Origin: Neolecta irregularis DAH-3
Lineage: Eukaryota
Reading direction: 5' to 3'
DNA length: 20,000 nucleotides
NCBI GenBank assembly: GCA_001929475.1
Contig: LXFE01000157.1
Location: 108,339 to 128,338, forward strand
Shown here: in pieces, positions 1 to 10,478 of the stretch
Layout of the letters: each line of letters opens with the position of its first letter
Numbering within the stretch: the first letter of the stretch is position 1
Notes under the pieces: generated by a model
Seen by the model: only the letters and a program-made list of their open reading frames with translations
What the model was told of the DNA's origin: nothing
The model's database searches: none
Translations under genes and position numbers: made by a program

Positions 1-1324
1 AACGTCAGATTCCGGACTCCAAGGATTAAGAAATGTTTAAACTTTAAAGGGTCCTTTACAAGAATGCCCAATGAAATCGGGACAACTTTCTTTAGACTCT
101 GCTAATCGAGGAGAATCTAAAGTATTCAATATTAATATCTTTAAAAATGTCAGGGAGTGAAAGTTAATATATTGATAAGATACTAATCTTGAATACTGTA
201 TCCATGTCTCGCTTGTATTGTATTCCACCCGCTAATTGCCCACGGGAACAGGTAAGCCATTTTAGGACGTTTCATTAGTAATTGGTCGTGGAATAACCCA
301 TTTACCTTCCCTGATACAATAGTTGGTAATGCAAGCAGCTAAATAGCTTTGATTATGTCAAATCTTTAAGTCTATTGGACTCCTAACTCGAAATTCTCAT
401 GAAACCTGCACCATTAGAAAGCTTACTCAATCTTCTATTCTTCTAGTTCTCCCGTGGTCAATTGATGTGTGGCTAAATTGAGTGCCTCTCAAGAAGAGTT
501 GAAATGGTTGATACCCACTTTATTCAACCGGTTCTCAAAATTGTAACCCAAGAATTGGCAATTCCTGATATTTATGCCGCCATTGACCAACCTATTAATT
601 CATACTGGCAACGACAGCCGCTCATTTGGAGAAGTGATTCAGAGAAAGGAACTCTTTTATTCCTTATATTCGATTTCAGGCGAGAGTAGACTGACATTTA
701 TCGCGAACATATAAACATCTCTAAGTGACGGATACCATCCCGAATCCGGAATTGTTTGATTGTGGGCAGTCATCCGGCACATTGTAAATCGTCAGATTTC
801 CCAACCTCCACCAACCTCCTACCCACCTCCTGAACTTGTCAGTCTCCAGTATATCGCTTACAGACCCGCGATTATCGTTAGTATATATACGCATAGCTGC
901 GAGTCGGACGCTATATTTATTTGTATAATCACAGTGTCTCGGTGTTACTGATCAGAGGCAAGCGCGGTGTTGAATATTTCGAATCTGCCTCCGACATATT
1001 GCATTCATTCCTCTACACGCTGTCGTTTCCTCGTGTATTCTCCAGAATCTTGTTGCTGTTCCAAATATCGCCGTATTTTATTTCCCGTGCGCATATTACA
1101 AAAGCCAATCTCCCCTTAGAACCGCCGATCTGTTCGCGGTTCTGCCCTCAACCTTCTCGGTTTGCTGGTCTACAAGGTACATCATTATTGCCCGATCACT
1201 GAAATAAAAAGGCTCAAGTTAACTGCATCGGATCTTCACTTTTTCCCTATCTCGATTGAATCGGGCTTTTGCTCAAATAACACCTTGCTTTCACTAAGAT
1301 ATCTTCGTAATCCTCAACACCACT

Positions 1325-2624
1325 ATGGATCTACAACATGAAGGACAGCATTCATCACATAGACTCTTTCAGGATTCGTTTAACCTTGGAGGTGTATCTT
1401 GGAGTGCCACAGTAACTCCTCCTGATCAATCATCAATCGATCCTATACAAGATGAGGGATCTCATTCGCCCCTGACGACAAGAGACACGCAACCGTTCAT
1501 GTCGGCGGCGCAATTTGAACCACATCATCACACGCAAAGCCCTTATCACCAACCACAAGAGCCAAGGTTCCCGTTTTTTGGACCAGATGAACAATTTACC
1601 CCCTTCCCCAATTTTGTTGCACCGCATGCGAATCATATTCAAAGCTCTACACAATCTTATCAGCAATGCCTCGAACTGCCACACGACTTTCCTCCAATTA
1701 ACTTCCTCGAGCGTCGTGTCTCATCGCCGATGCTGAAGACCAACACCTCGAATGAATTTTCTGCAGTTGCTAATAATACGTTGCAACATCAGTCACAGGC
1801 GAATACCGCCTTTAACCGCCGACCATCACCTTCAAATCCAAATCCAAATCACTCATTTAATACAGGGCAGGTCATCGGTGATCATTTCCAGCAGCAAATC
1901 CAACCCAATTTATGGGGCCCAGAAAGAGGACACCCTTATATACGGCCTCGGTGGAGTCTCGATCGAAGGATGTCACATCCAGTCTTGCCGTCAACATACC
2001 AAACCCCTCCTGATATTCCTCAAAGAGGCCGACAAATGTCCATGTTTGATTCCCGCTCAGATGTTTCGGGTCAACCGTCACCAGCATCATTAACTTCATT
2101 CGATCCATATTCATCCTCTTTTCCTCTTGAGGTTCGCCAGGAACACAAACAAATGGCACCCCATGTGTTCTATCACTCTGTTCCTGAAGAAGCGGAAACA
2201 TCATCATCTCAGTTATCACATCTGTCACTTAAAACGCCTGTGGAACAACCGTTTGAATATGAGCATTCCTCAATGGCGGTGCTAGATCGAAGAAGCAGTC
2301 TAGCATCACTAAGTGATTATAATGCAGAGCAAACTAATATGATGCGGACGTTCAATGTGAAAAAAGCCTCGCCTAGCGCGAAGAAACATATCTGCGAGTT
2401 GTGTCACAAGCGATTTACTCGACCAAGTTCGCTGAAGACGCATCGTTTTAGTCACACAGGGGAAAAACGTATGAGTCAAAAGGGTTTACCGGTCTGACTA
2501 AATTGTAGCATTTGGCTGCGAATATCCTGGGTGTAAACGCAGTTTTTCTGTGGTTTCCAATCTTAAGAGGCACGCAAAGACGCATCGCAACAAAGTAGGC
2601 GACGAGGACGTTTCTGAGGAATAG
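1325..2624 (+). CDS. C2H2 zinc-finger transcription factor, FlbC/Fle1-like (2 exons: 1325-2468, 2509-2624; about 419 aa)
   Basis: The ORF ends in finger 1 (CELCHKRFTRPSSLKTHRFSHTGEK). Removing a 40-nt GTATGA...CTGAC...TAG intron (2469-2508) restores the HTGEKPF linker and finger 2 (CEYPGCKRSFSVVSNLKRHAKTH), with stop TAG at 2622-2624. The N-terminal part is Q/S/P/H-rich and low complexity. From recall, RFTRPSSL..H..SHTGEKPF and FSVVSNL.RH match the FlbC family. Confidence 0.85.
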
Positions 2625-2785
2625 AAATACCTCGGATCGCGTCGACTGGTCTGCGGCGCCTCCTTGTGGGTGTTTGGTATCTGGCGTTGGGAGCACTTTC
2701 ATGTTTTGAGCGAGGACTTTATCATTTCTTTCTGTTCGAGGTTTTAAAATTTTCTTCTTATCTCTTTACCGACAAAATGTACATA

Positions 2786-2871
2786 CACGTAGCACCCTAA
2801 TAGCACTCATATATGTATTATGCATTATGGCCGGAATGGAACGTGATGGAAGAGCCAAGGAATGCCACGTA
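2786..2871 (+). promoter_or_regulatory. Candidate UPR (Hac1/XBP1-type bZIP) elements upstream of BiP
   Basis: CACGTA at 2786-2791, AACGTG at 2840-2845 and GCCACGTA at 2864-2871, all within about 165 bp of the BiP ATG. ACGT cores are typical bZIP/UPRE sites. Function is not demonstrated. Confidence 0.4.
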
Positions 2872-2948
2872 TCCATTTTTTGAATGCGCGCAATTTAAAA
2901 TGCCAACGCCCGCTCCTCTTTCCCAATTTACCAACCATCCACTCCACC

Positions 2949-5077
2949 ATGAAGAACTGGGTCTTCGCTACCATCTCCAGCTATCTGCTGGCTGGTTCGT
3001 TCCTGTCGGGCGGCTATGTGTCCGCAGATGAGCAGCTGAATTACGGCACCGGTACTTGTGGCCTGCTTTTTCCCAACACTGACATCCAAGTTATTGGAAT
3101 TGATCTTGGTACTACCTATTCTTGCGTAGGTGCCATGAAATCCGGTCGAGTAGAAGTATGTCTATCCTGCTATGCGATAACCAACATCTAGATTATTGTG
3201 AATGATCAGGGCAGCCGGATTACACCATCTTATGTTGCTTTCACGGAAAATGAGCGGCTTGTAGGAGAAAGCGCTAAAAATCAAGCGGCGGCTAATCCAG
3301 AAAACACTATTTTTGATATCAAGTTCGTCAGTATTGTGCATGTTGTACTGACTTGTTTAGGCGTTTGATGGGACGGCGATTCAATGAGGCAGATGTACAA
3401 GATGATTTAAAGCACTTTCCTTTCACAGTCGTCGAACAAGACGGAAAACCGGTTGTCGAAGTCAAAGTTAAGGGAGATAACAGACGTTTCTCGCCAGAAG
3501 AAATATCCGGCATGATCCTTGGCGCTATGAAGAAAACCGCCGAAAGTTACCTTGGAGTCAACATTACTTATGCTGTCGTTACAGTTCCTGCTTACTTCAA
3601 TGATGCTCAGCGCCAAGCTACCAAAGATGCTGGTGCAATTTCTGGTCTTGTCGTCCTGCGAATCGTCAACGAACCTACAGCCGCAGCTATCGCTTACGGT
3701 CTTGATAAAAAAGAGGGTAGCAATCAAATCATTGTCTTCGATCTTGGTGGTGGTACTTTTGATGTCTCGCTCCTGAGTATTGAAGAAGGTGTTTTTGAAG
3801 TTTTAGCCACTGCTGGAGATACCCATCTTGGAGGAGAGGATTTCGACAATCGCGTCATCCAACACTTTGTTAAACTATACAATGGCAAATACAATGTCGA
3901 TATCTCCAAGGATAATAGAACTTTGGGTAAACTCAAACGCGAAGTCGAGAAAGCAAAACGTATCTTGAGTTCACAGATGAGTGCCAGGATCGAAATCGAA
4001 GCTTTCTTTGAGGGCAAGGACTTTTCTGAAACCCTCACTCGGGCCAAGTTCGAAGAAATTAATCTCGACCTATTTAAGAAGACCATCGAACCCGTCAAAA
4101 GAGTGCTCAAAGATGCAAACGTCAAGATAAGCGAAGTGGATGATATCGTCCTAGTCGGTGGTTCCACCCGTATCCCCAAGGTTCAGCAGCTCATAGAGGA
4201 CTACTTCGGTGGTAAGAAGGCTTCCAAAGGAATTAACCCCGACGAAGCCGTCGCATATGGCGCTGCTGTTCAAGGTGGTATTTTGAGTGGCGATGAGGGC
4301 GTTGATGACCTTGTTCTTCTTGATGTCTGCGCTCTCTCTGTGGGTATCGAAACTACTGGCGGAGTCATGACTAGTATCATCAAGAGGAACACTCCTATCC
4401 CATCCCGAAAACAACAGATGTTCTCTACTGCTGTTGACCAGCAACCGAGTGTACTCATCAAGGTTCATGAAGGAGAACGAACTCTTACTAAAGACAACAA
4501 CTTCCTCGGTAAATTCGAGCTTGGCGGCATTCCACCTGCGCCCAGAGGCGTTCCACAAATCGCTGTTACATTTGAAATCGACGCTAATGGTATTCTCAAG
4601 GTTACCGCTGAAGATAAAGCTGCTGGAAATACTGAAAGTATCACCATAACCAACGACAAAGGAAGACTTTCTAAGGAAGAAATTGAGCGGATGGTGACAG
4701 AAGCCGAAGAATTTGCAGAAGAAGATAAACAGAATCGTGAAAGAATTGAGGCCCGAAATGGTCTCGAGAATTACGCCTACTCTTTGAAAGCTCAGGTCAA
4801 CGATGAAGAAGGTTTGGGTGGAAAAATCAGTGCGGAAGACAAAGAAGCTATTCAAAATGCTGTGAAGACTGCTATTGAATGGCTCGATGAACACGGCTCT
4901 AGTGGTGCAAAAGAAGATTTCGAAGAACAAAAGGAGGCTCTATCCAGTGTTGCCTATCCAATTACCAGCAAGCTTTGTATGGCTCCTATTTACGAGCATT
5001 TCTGACTGGATTTTTTAGACGAAGCAGCTGGCGGATCAGAATCAGACGAGGAGCCATCTGGTCATGACGAACTCTGA
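2949..5077 (+). CDS. KAR2: ER Hsp70 chaperone BiP/Kar2 (exons 2949-3051, 3091-3155, 3192-3322, 3361-4976, 5019-5077; about 657 aa)
   Basis: Signal peptide [19 protein letters not shown]...; Hsp70 signatures [27 protein letters not shown] and [14 protein letters not shown]. Four GT-AG introns of 36-42 nt restore the frame. The last exon encodes ...EEPSGHDEL*, an ER-retention signal. Confidence 0.97.
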
Positions 5078-5154
5078 TATATATAATATATATTTCGCTG
5101 CGACGTTAGTCAATAGAGCTTTCAGTTTCCTAAATATATATTGAGCGGCATCTA

Positions 5155-8035
5155 TTACTGATGTATTGACAATAATTCTTTTACAATGCCAGCGGCCAAA
5201 GTTTCTCCTTCATTGCGCAGTATGATCCGACCGAAGTCCTTGTTTATGCTGTATATTTCCAGTTGCATGCCCTTTCCCAAAATAGTTAACTCTACAAATG
5301 CAGCCATTCCATTTGAGAGATACCTAGGATATTAATAAACCCAAATATGACTGTTGAGCAAGGTCATACCGTGGATTCTTCTTTACTATTGTTCCGGTCG
5401 TTTTGTCGACGACAGAAATAAGTTTTGATATAATTGCTGGCTCTTCTGTTCTGCCCCTATGAATGACCACAGTTCCACCCAATGTCAAAGGCCGAGACAT
5501 GTCGAATGTGATTATACGCGCCTCAATAACCTTGACGATTTGTATGGGACTGCACATATCGCAAAGAACATCCCCAACCCTGCTGGTCAACAATTCTTTT
5601 AGAGGCACTACAAACCTTAAATGCGCAATATCAAATCCAGTTATTCCGATGATAACATTATTCCCAGCGGCGGCGACGGTTCGATCTTCATCATCTACCT
5701 CGATCGTTTTGACAACGGCTGAGTCATCACAGGTCGGGCACACCACCGGGTCACCTACTTGTATATGCCCGGAAGCAACACGGCCAATGATATTGATTGA
5801 TGCCCCACTTTGGCTGCCTTTGTACAGATCCGATATTGACAACCGGAAAGGTTTATCAACATCCCTTGAGATTTGGTTTGTGCTTTCTATAGAGTTACGC
5901 CTGAAAAATAAATAAAGGGTACCTATTTCTTCAAGAACAGATTTTTGGGCAGGCCATGAAGATAATTGTACAGGCTTTGTAGTAATGTTGCCCCCAGTCA
6001 GTCCGCTACATGGAACAAACTTCAAATTTGTCGAATCGAATCCCACACGAGAAAGAAACTCATTCATCTGTATACGAATTGTGTCAAACCGTTCTTTCGA
6101 CCATTGAACCTCCGATTTTAAGCTTGGTATCTTTGCTCAACTTACATTGTCAAGTTTATTTACTGCAACGAGCAAAGTTTGTACTCCAAGGCTGCGTGCC
6201 AGTAATGCATGCTCTTTCGTCTGGCCGTGTAAATGAAATCCAGATTCAAATGCGCCTGTAGAACCATCGACTACAAGAATGGCAAAATCGGCCTTGAATA
6301 AGTTAGCTGTGATAAGGAATAACAGGAACATAGCTGTGAGGCACCAGCAATCATATTTGGTACGAAGTCTCTGTGACCCGGCGCATCTAATAAAGTGTAT
6401 GTACGCCCTCTGATACTGAACCTCCGGATCCCAATATCGATGGTTACTCCGCTTGTATTTCAGTTCATCCTCGTAATTTAAACGAACCGATTACGTTCTT
6501 CTTCTGTTCCATCGAGCAACCACGCAAGCGCAAAAGACGATTTCCCGATTTTACCGCTCTCTTGATGGAGCTTTTGCATTGTGCGTTTTTCAACTTCTCC
6601 AAGGTCGTGGAGCAACCGGCCGATCATTGTGCTCTTTCCAGCGTCTACATGGCCTGCTTGTAAGTGCTGTCGGTGATTATGTAATGCATACCAATAACAA
6701 CAAAGTTTACATTATTATCCCGTCGAAGGGCTCTCAAAGTATCCCCATCGATCGGGTTTTTCTTGAGCACTTTACGCATCGGAACTGGATTTACTGGCAC
6801 ATTGCCGAGGCCCATGGTTTTCATGGGCCCAGTGAGAGTATCTCCACCTGTCGTTGGGGGTTTCCGAACATCTCTAGTCACCACTCGTGAAATTGCTAAA
6901 AGTAAGTGAAAGCCGAGACGGAGATCTACGTGATGTTGGGTCTGGTCGCTTATGTTTGGGAATGGAAGATGTAAATGCAATTTTGGAGATTTGTGGGGCT
7001 AAAGGGAAAACAAAGCGATGATCAGCCTTTATTCCAAGTGAAGTTTGAGAAAAAGATTTGAGAATTATAGAAGTGGCAAAGTCAGAGGCGGTTGCAAGAA
7101 GTTCAGGCACTTGTGTTGGAGGATTCGGAGGAATATCTCGATTATCTCGTTTCTTGGGTTGCTGAGAGACAAAACCGAGTTCCGACTTTTGTTTTCGGTG
7201 ATCCACAATGGGATTTTTAATTCCTTGGGAAGGTGTGATGATCTCTTTGTGAGAAGTTTCGTGCGTCAATGATTTTGACTTCCCAAACATCGCTACTGAA
7301 GACAACGCGCTAACTCTTCCAGTGGAGGAATTCACAGAAGTTCCTCGCGACTTCGCCAAAGCAGAAAGTTTAGAGACTTTTTTATTGGGCGACTCATTGT
7401 GAGGCGATCTCTCCTTGGAAAGTAACATTCCAGCGTGTTCATCATGGAGTTGACGTGGTTTGAGAATTGCAAGATCTTGTTGAAGATTAATCGAATCCTC
7501 CAATTGCGAAGAGACACGCAGTGCACCTTTTGTAACGGTAAACAATCCTCATAGAAGTAAAATCGAGAGATATTTACCCGAAGCTTTCTTATCTGGAGAC
7601 CTCGATTTTGAAACGGGGTTACGCTCTGCGTTATTCTGATTCGGTCGTTTCTTCACTTGCTGGACTAAAAATAAGTGCTAGGAAATGAAATCCGCAATAC
7701 TGAGTAACCAGTCTATAGCCTTGTGAACATCGAAATAATAATACCAGAGGGCATCTTTGATTTCTTTCTCTGATATTCCTGTCCCATCTAATGTTTGGCA
7801 AGTTTGAGAGTAGGCATTCTCCAGTTGCTCTAAAGATCTTCAATAGATATAATACAGGAAGCATTACCAGCTTCCTCTTCCGTCATTTCTGTTTGGGTCA
7901 GCAAATGCCGCTATTCTGTGTAAACCTGTATGTTCGTCTTCACAACTTTCGGCCAACACATCTGGTAGTGAGAAATTTTAGCAGACATAGTTTACCACCA
8001 ACATCGAGATTCCTCACGGCGCGATGTCGGCTCAT
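5155..8035 (-). CDS. HBS1: Hbs1 translational GTPase (eEF1A/eRF3 family; partner of Dom34/Pelota), multi-exon, with a Ski7-like exon
   Basis: Starts [11 protein letters not shown] at 8035. HBS1_N-like segment [20 protein letters not shown]. After splicing, G-domain motifs are [31 protein letters not shown] and NKLD, followed by beta-barrel domains ending [21 protein letters not shown] (TAA 5157-5155). Introns include 7995-7962, 7925-7889, 7867-7830, 7700-7665, 7577-7527 and 6929-6896. Confidence 0.93.
6930..7526 (-). other. Putative alternative (cassette) exon of HBS1 encoding Ski7-like motifs
   Basis: 597 nt (199 codons), flanked by two phase-1 introns (7577-7527 and 6929-6896). Encodes [10 protein letters not shown] and [12 protein letters not shown]. 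Confidence 0.6.
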
Positions 8036-8160
8036 ACCCTACCGAGAATGGCCAGGACGATGTTGATTTGCAGAAGAGCTGGGGTGCCTACAAGACACGT
8101 GAACAACGTCATCAAATAAAGCATTCAATAAATAATGTTTAAGCCCGATCCAAATCCAAT

Positions 8161-10293
8161 TTACAGATCAATTAAAGAAACTTCTTCCACATGTCTTGAC
8201 CTTGTCGGTTGTCCCACCTGCTGATCAGAACCTCCAGCGTAATACTCCGGAATGAGCTGTGCCTGAGACGAAACTTGAAAAGGCCTAGTTGTTGAGCCGT
8301 GCTGGTGTGTCGCAGAAATATTCTGCACGGATGAAGCTGACCCGTCATTCCGAGTTATCTGATATGGAGGGAACTGAGAATCTAATAGACGGTCATTTGG
8401 ATATTGGGAATACGAAGATGCAAGAACTGGCGCTACAGGTACTGTGTCAACTTGAGCTGAGTTCAGGTAAGTATTTGATGTTGGATACTGAGAGACGAAT
8501 GGAACTGGGCTGAATGTATCAGCAGTGTGCTCTGCCAAAGCCGGTTGAGGATAATCTGATCTAGTGCTTAATAGTTCGCGTTGGTTATAACTAGTGGAGT
8601 TTGACCGAATGGGATTGTCCGAACGATCAAAGTAAGAAGCAGAAGCCGCTTGCGAAATGTTTTGATGGGGAAGATACTGCTGAGGAGCCGATAGCATGTA
8701 CGAGGAATAACGGCCTTGTCGTCCAATAGTCGTCATAGAAAATCTGGATTCAAGGAGCTGATCATAAATATGAACAGCTTTTCCGATCTGAGAATGCATC
8801 CTTAGTAAAGTTTCTACATCAATTTAATTTTCACCTTGCAAGGGTATTCACCATGTTTATTCATAGTTTCAGCAAGTGCACGGGCAAGTTTTGGTCTAAG
8901 AGCACCAATAGAATCGTGCAATTCCTGAATTTGGGGTTCTTTCGTCACTGTTCCAATAGGAGCAGACTTCAAGCGCTCTATCAGAGTACTGAAAAGGGTG
9001 ATACTTTCAGTCTCTACTGGTGAGAGGTCGTACAAAACTACAGTCTACCCAGTTAGACTGGACGACATGAGTACCATACTTTTGTTGATGAATGCGATTT
9101 GTATAGCGGTGACTGTGTAGGTGGTTCAACGACGACCTTCTTCTTTGCCTCCTCAACATCGCGAAGTGATGCCTGAATGGCGGCCTCGAGATCGTCATCT
9201 TTAGGTTTAGATGTGGTTTTAGGTTGGTAGCTGCTAGAACGGGCAGGAGCAGGTTTGGAGATTAGATCGATTTTCGTGCTATCTTCTAAGCTCAGACGGA
9301 GTGCTGTTTTCAAGTCTTCGTCATCTTCCGCGTCTTCGCGAGCTGGTGGTGTTGCTGGAGTCTGTAAAAGCGGTCGTGTACCAGTTTGGTGTTTGAGTTT
9401 TTGAGCATTTCTGGGTTCAGTTTGTATAATGTGACATCCATCACAGACACGGACAGGTTGTACAATGCCAAGACGGGGGAGAGGAATAGTTTTTGCTGAG
9501 CAGACCCCGCAGAAAACATTTCCGCAATTCCGGCAGTGATGCTTGCGATTGGTAAAAGTGAACGGTATTCTACATCTCATGCAAACATCAGAATCAATCC
9601 ATTCGGGCGGCTGGGTTTAGTTAGCTACCTCCGTATGAGAAAGATATTACAGCAATTGTATCGACGTATGATGCTGTGATTTCCTGTACCGTGGGAAACT
9701 CAAAACCTATTCATAAGATTCATGTCAAACATCGTCCAGTTGATGCCTTCATACTTCAACGATTTGACTGCCTCTTCAACGTAGTGCAGGTGGGGTTTGC
9801 CTTGAAAGGCCAGTACCCATACCTGCATCAATTCCAGAATCCTGGACTTCACTTCAGCATTGGTGAATACCTACAAGTTAGCCACTAGATCAGCAGCAAG
9901 GATACCGTTGACTTGAGCAGAGAGGACATATTATCTATAAACTCTTTGGACGCCACCTCCACGAGAAAGTGATCTCCGCCGTTCTTGACACAGGCATCGA
10001 TGAGCTGTAGGTAAGCAATTCCTAGAAGTATGGTACGACGAATACCCGTAGAGTAGACAGTTGGACATTGGGGTTCTTATTCTCCAGACGCCGTTTCAGA
10101 GCCTTCATGGCGTCCTTGGGGGCTACAGACTTGCTCCTGATCTGATCGCATATCTCGAGAGTAAGGGCCCAGTCTTCGAAACCGGAAGGCAATGTTTCAG
10201 AGGTGGCCTTATCTGTGCAGGTTAGGCAGGTGAATACGCGCACAGGGAGATACCGATGAGCTCATCGAGAGGATTCGAGGACCACCAGGACAT
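8161..10293 (-). CDS. VPS27: ESCRT-0 subunit Vps27/Hrs (VHS, FYVE, 2 UIM, GAT/coiled coil, C-terminal clathrin-box-like motif), multi-exon
   Basis: Starts [22 protein letters not shown] ([13 protein letters not shown]...NPNVQL). [31 protein letters not shown]...VRVCDGC. UIMs: [14 protein letters not shown] and [13 protein letters not shown]. Ends SLIDL* at 8161. Confidence 0.95.
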
Positions 10294-10478
10294 TGGATAT
10301 GGCGGTTAGGGAGCGCATATAGTCAAGTGCCGGTATGCATGTAGCACTCACTCAGGAAACATACATGGACTATTTCTCAGTCTACTGGGGACTGCTGCCT
10401 GTGTAATACTGCTGCAGAAACAGGACGGCTTCTGTTTGGCATATCCTGACCCTCCTAACCCGCCTGCAAGCTTGCAAT

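Noticed and set aside
1-1202. Short ORFs at 37-228, 504-689, 760-951 and 921-1202; possible gene fragment or transposon relic
   Set aside because: No recognisable domain, terminal repeats or convincing exon chain, and several ORFs start at non-ATG codons. A diverged element in 1-575 cannot be excluded without a database search.
3407-4930. Long antisense ORFs opposite BiP (259, 151 and 106 aa)
   Set aside because: Antisense ORFs opposite Hsp70 genes are a known by-product of codon usage, and there is no independent coding signal here.
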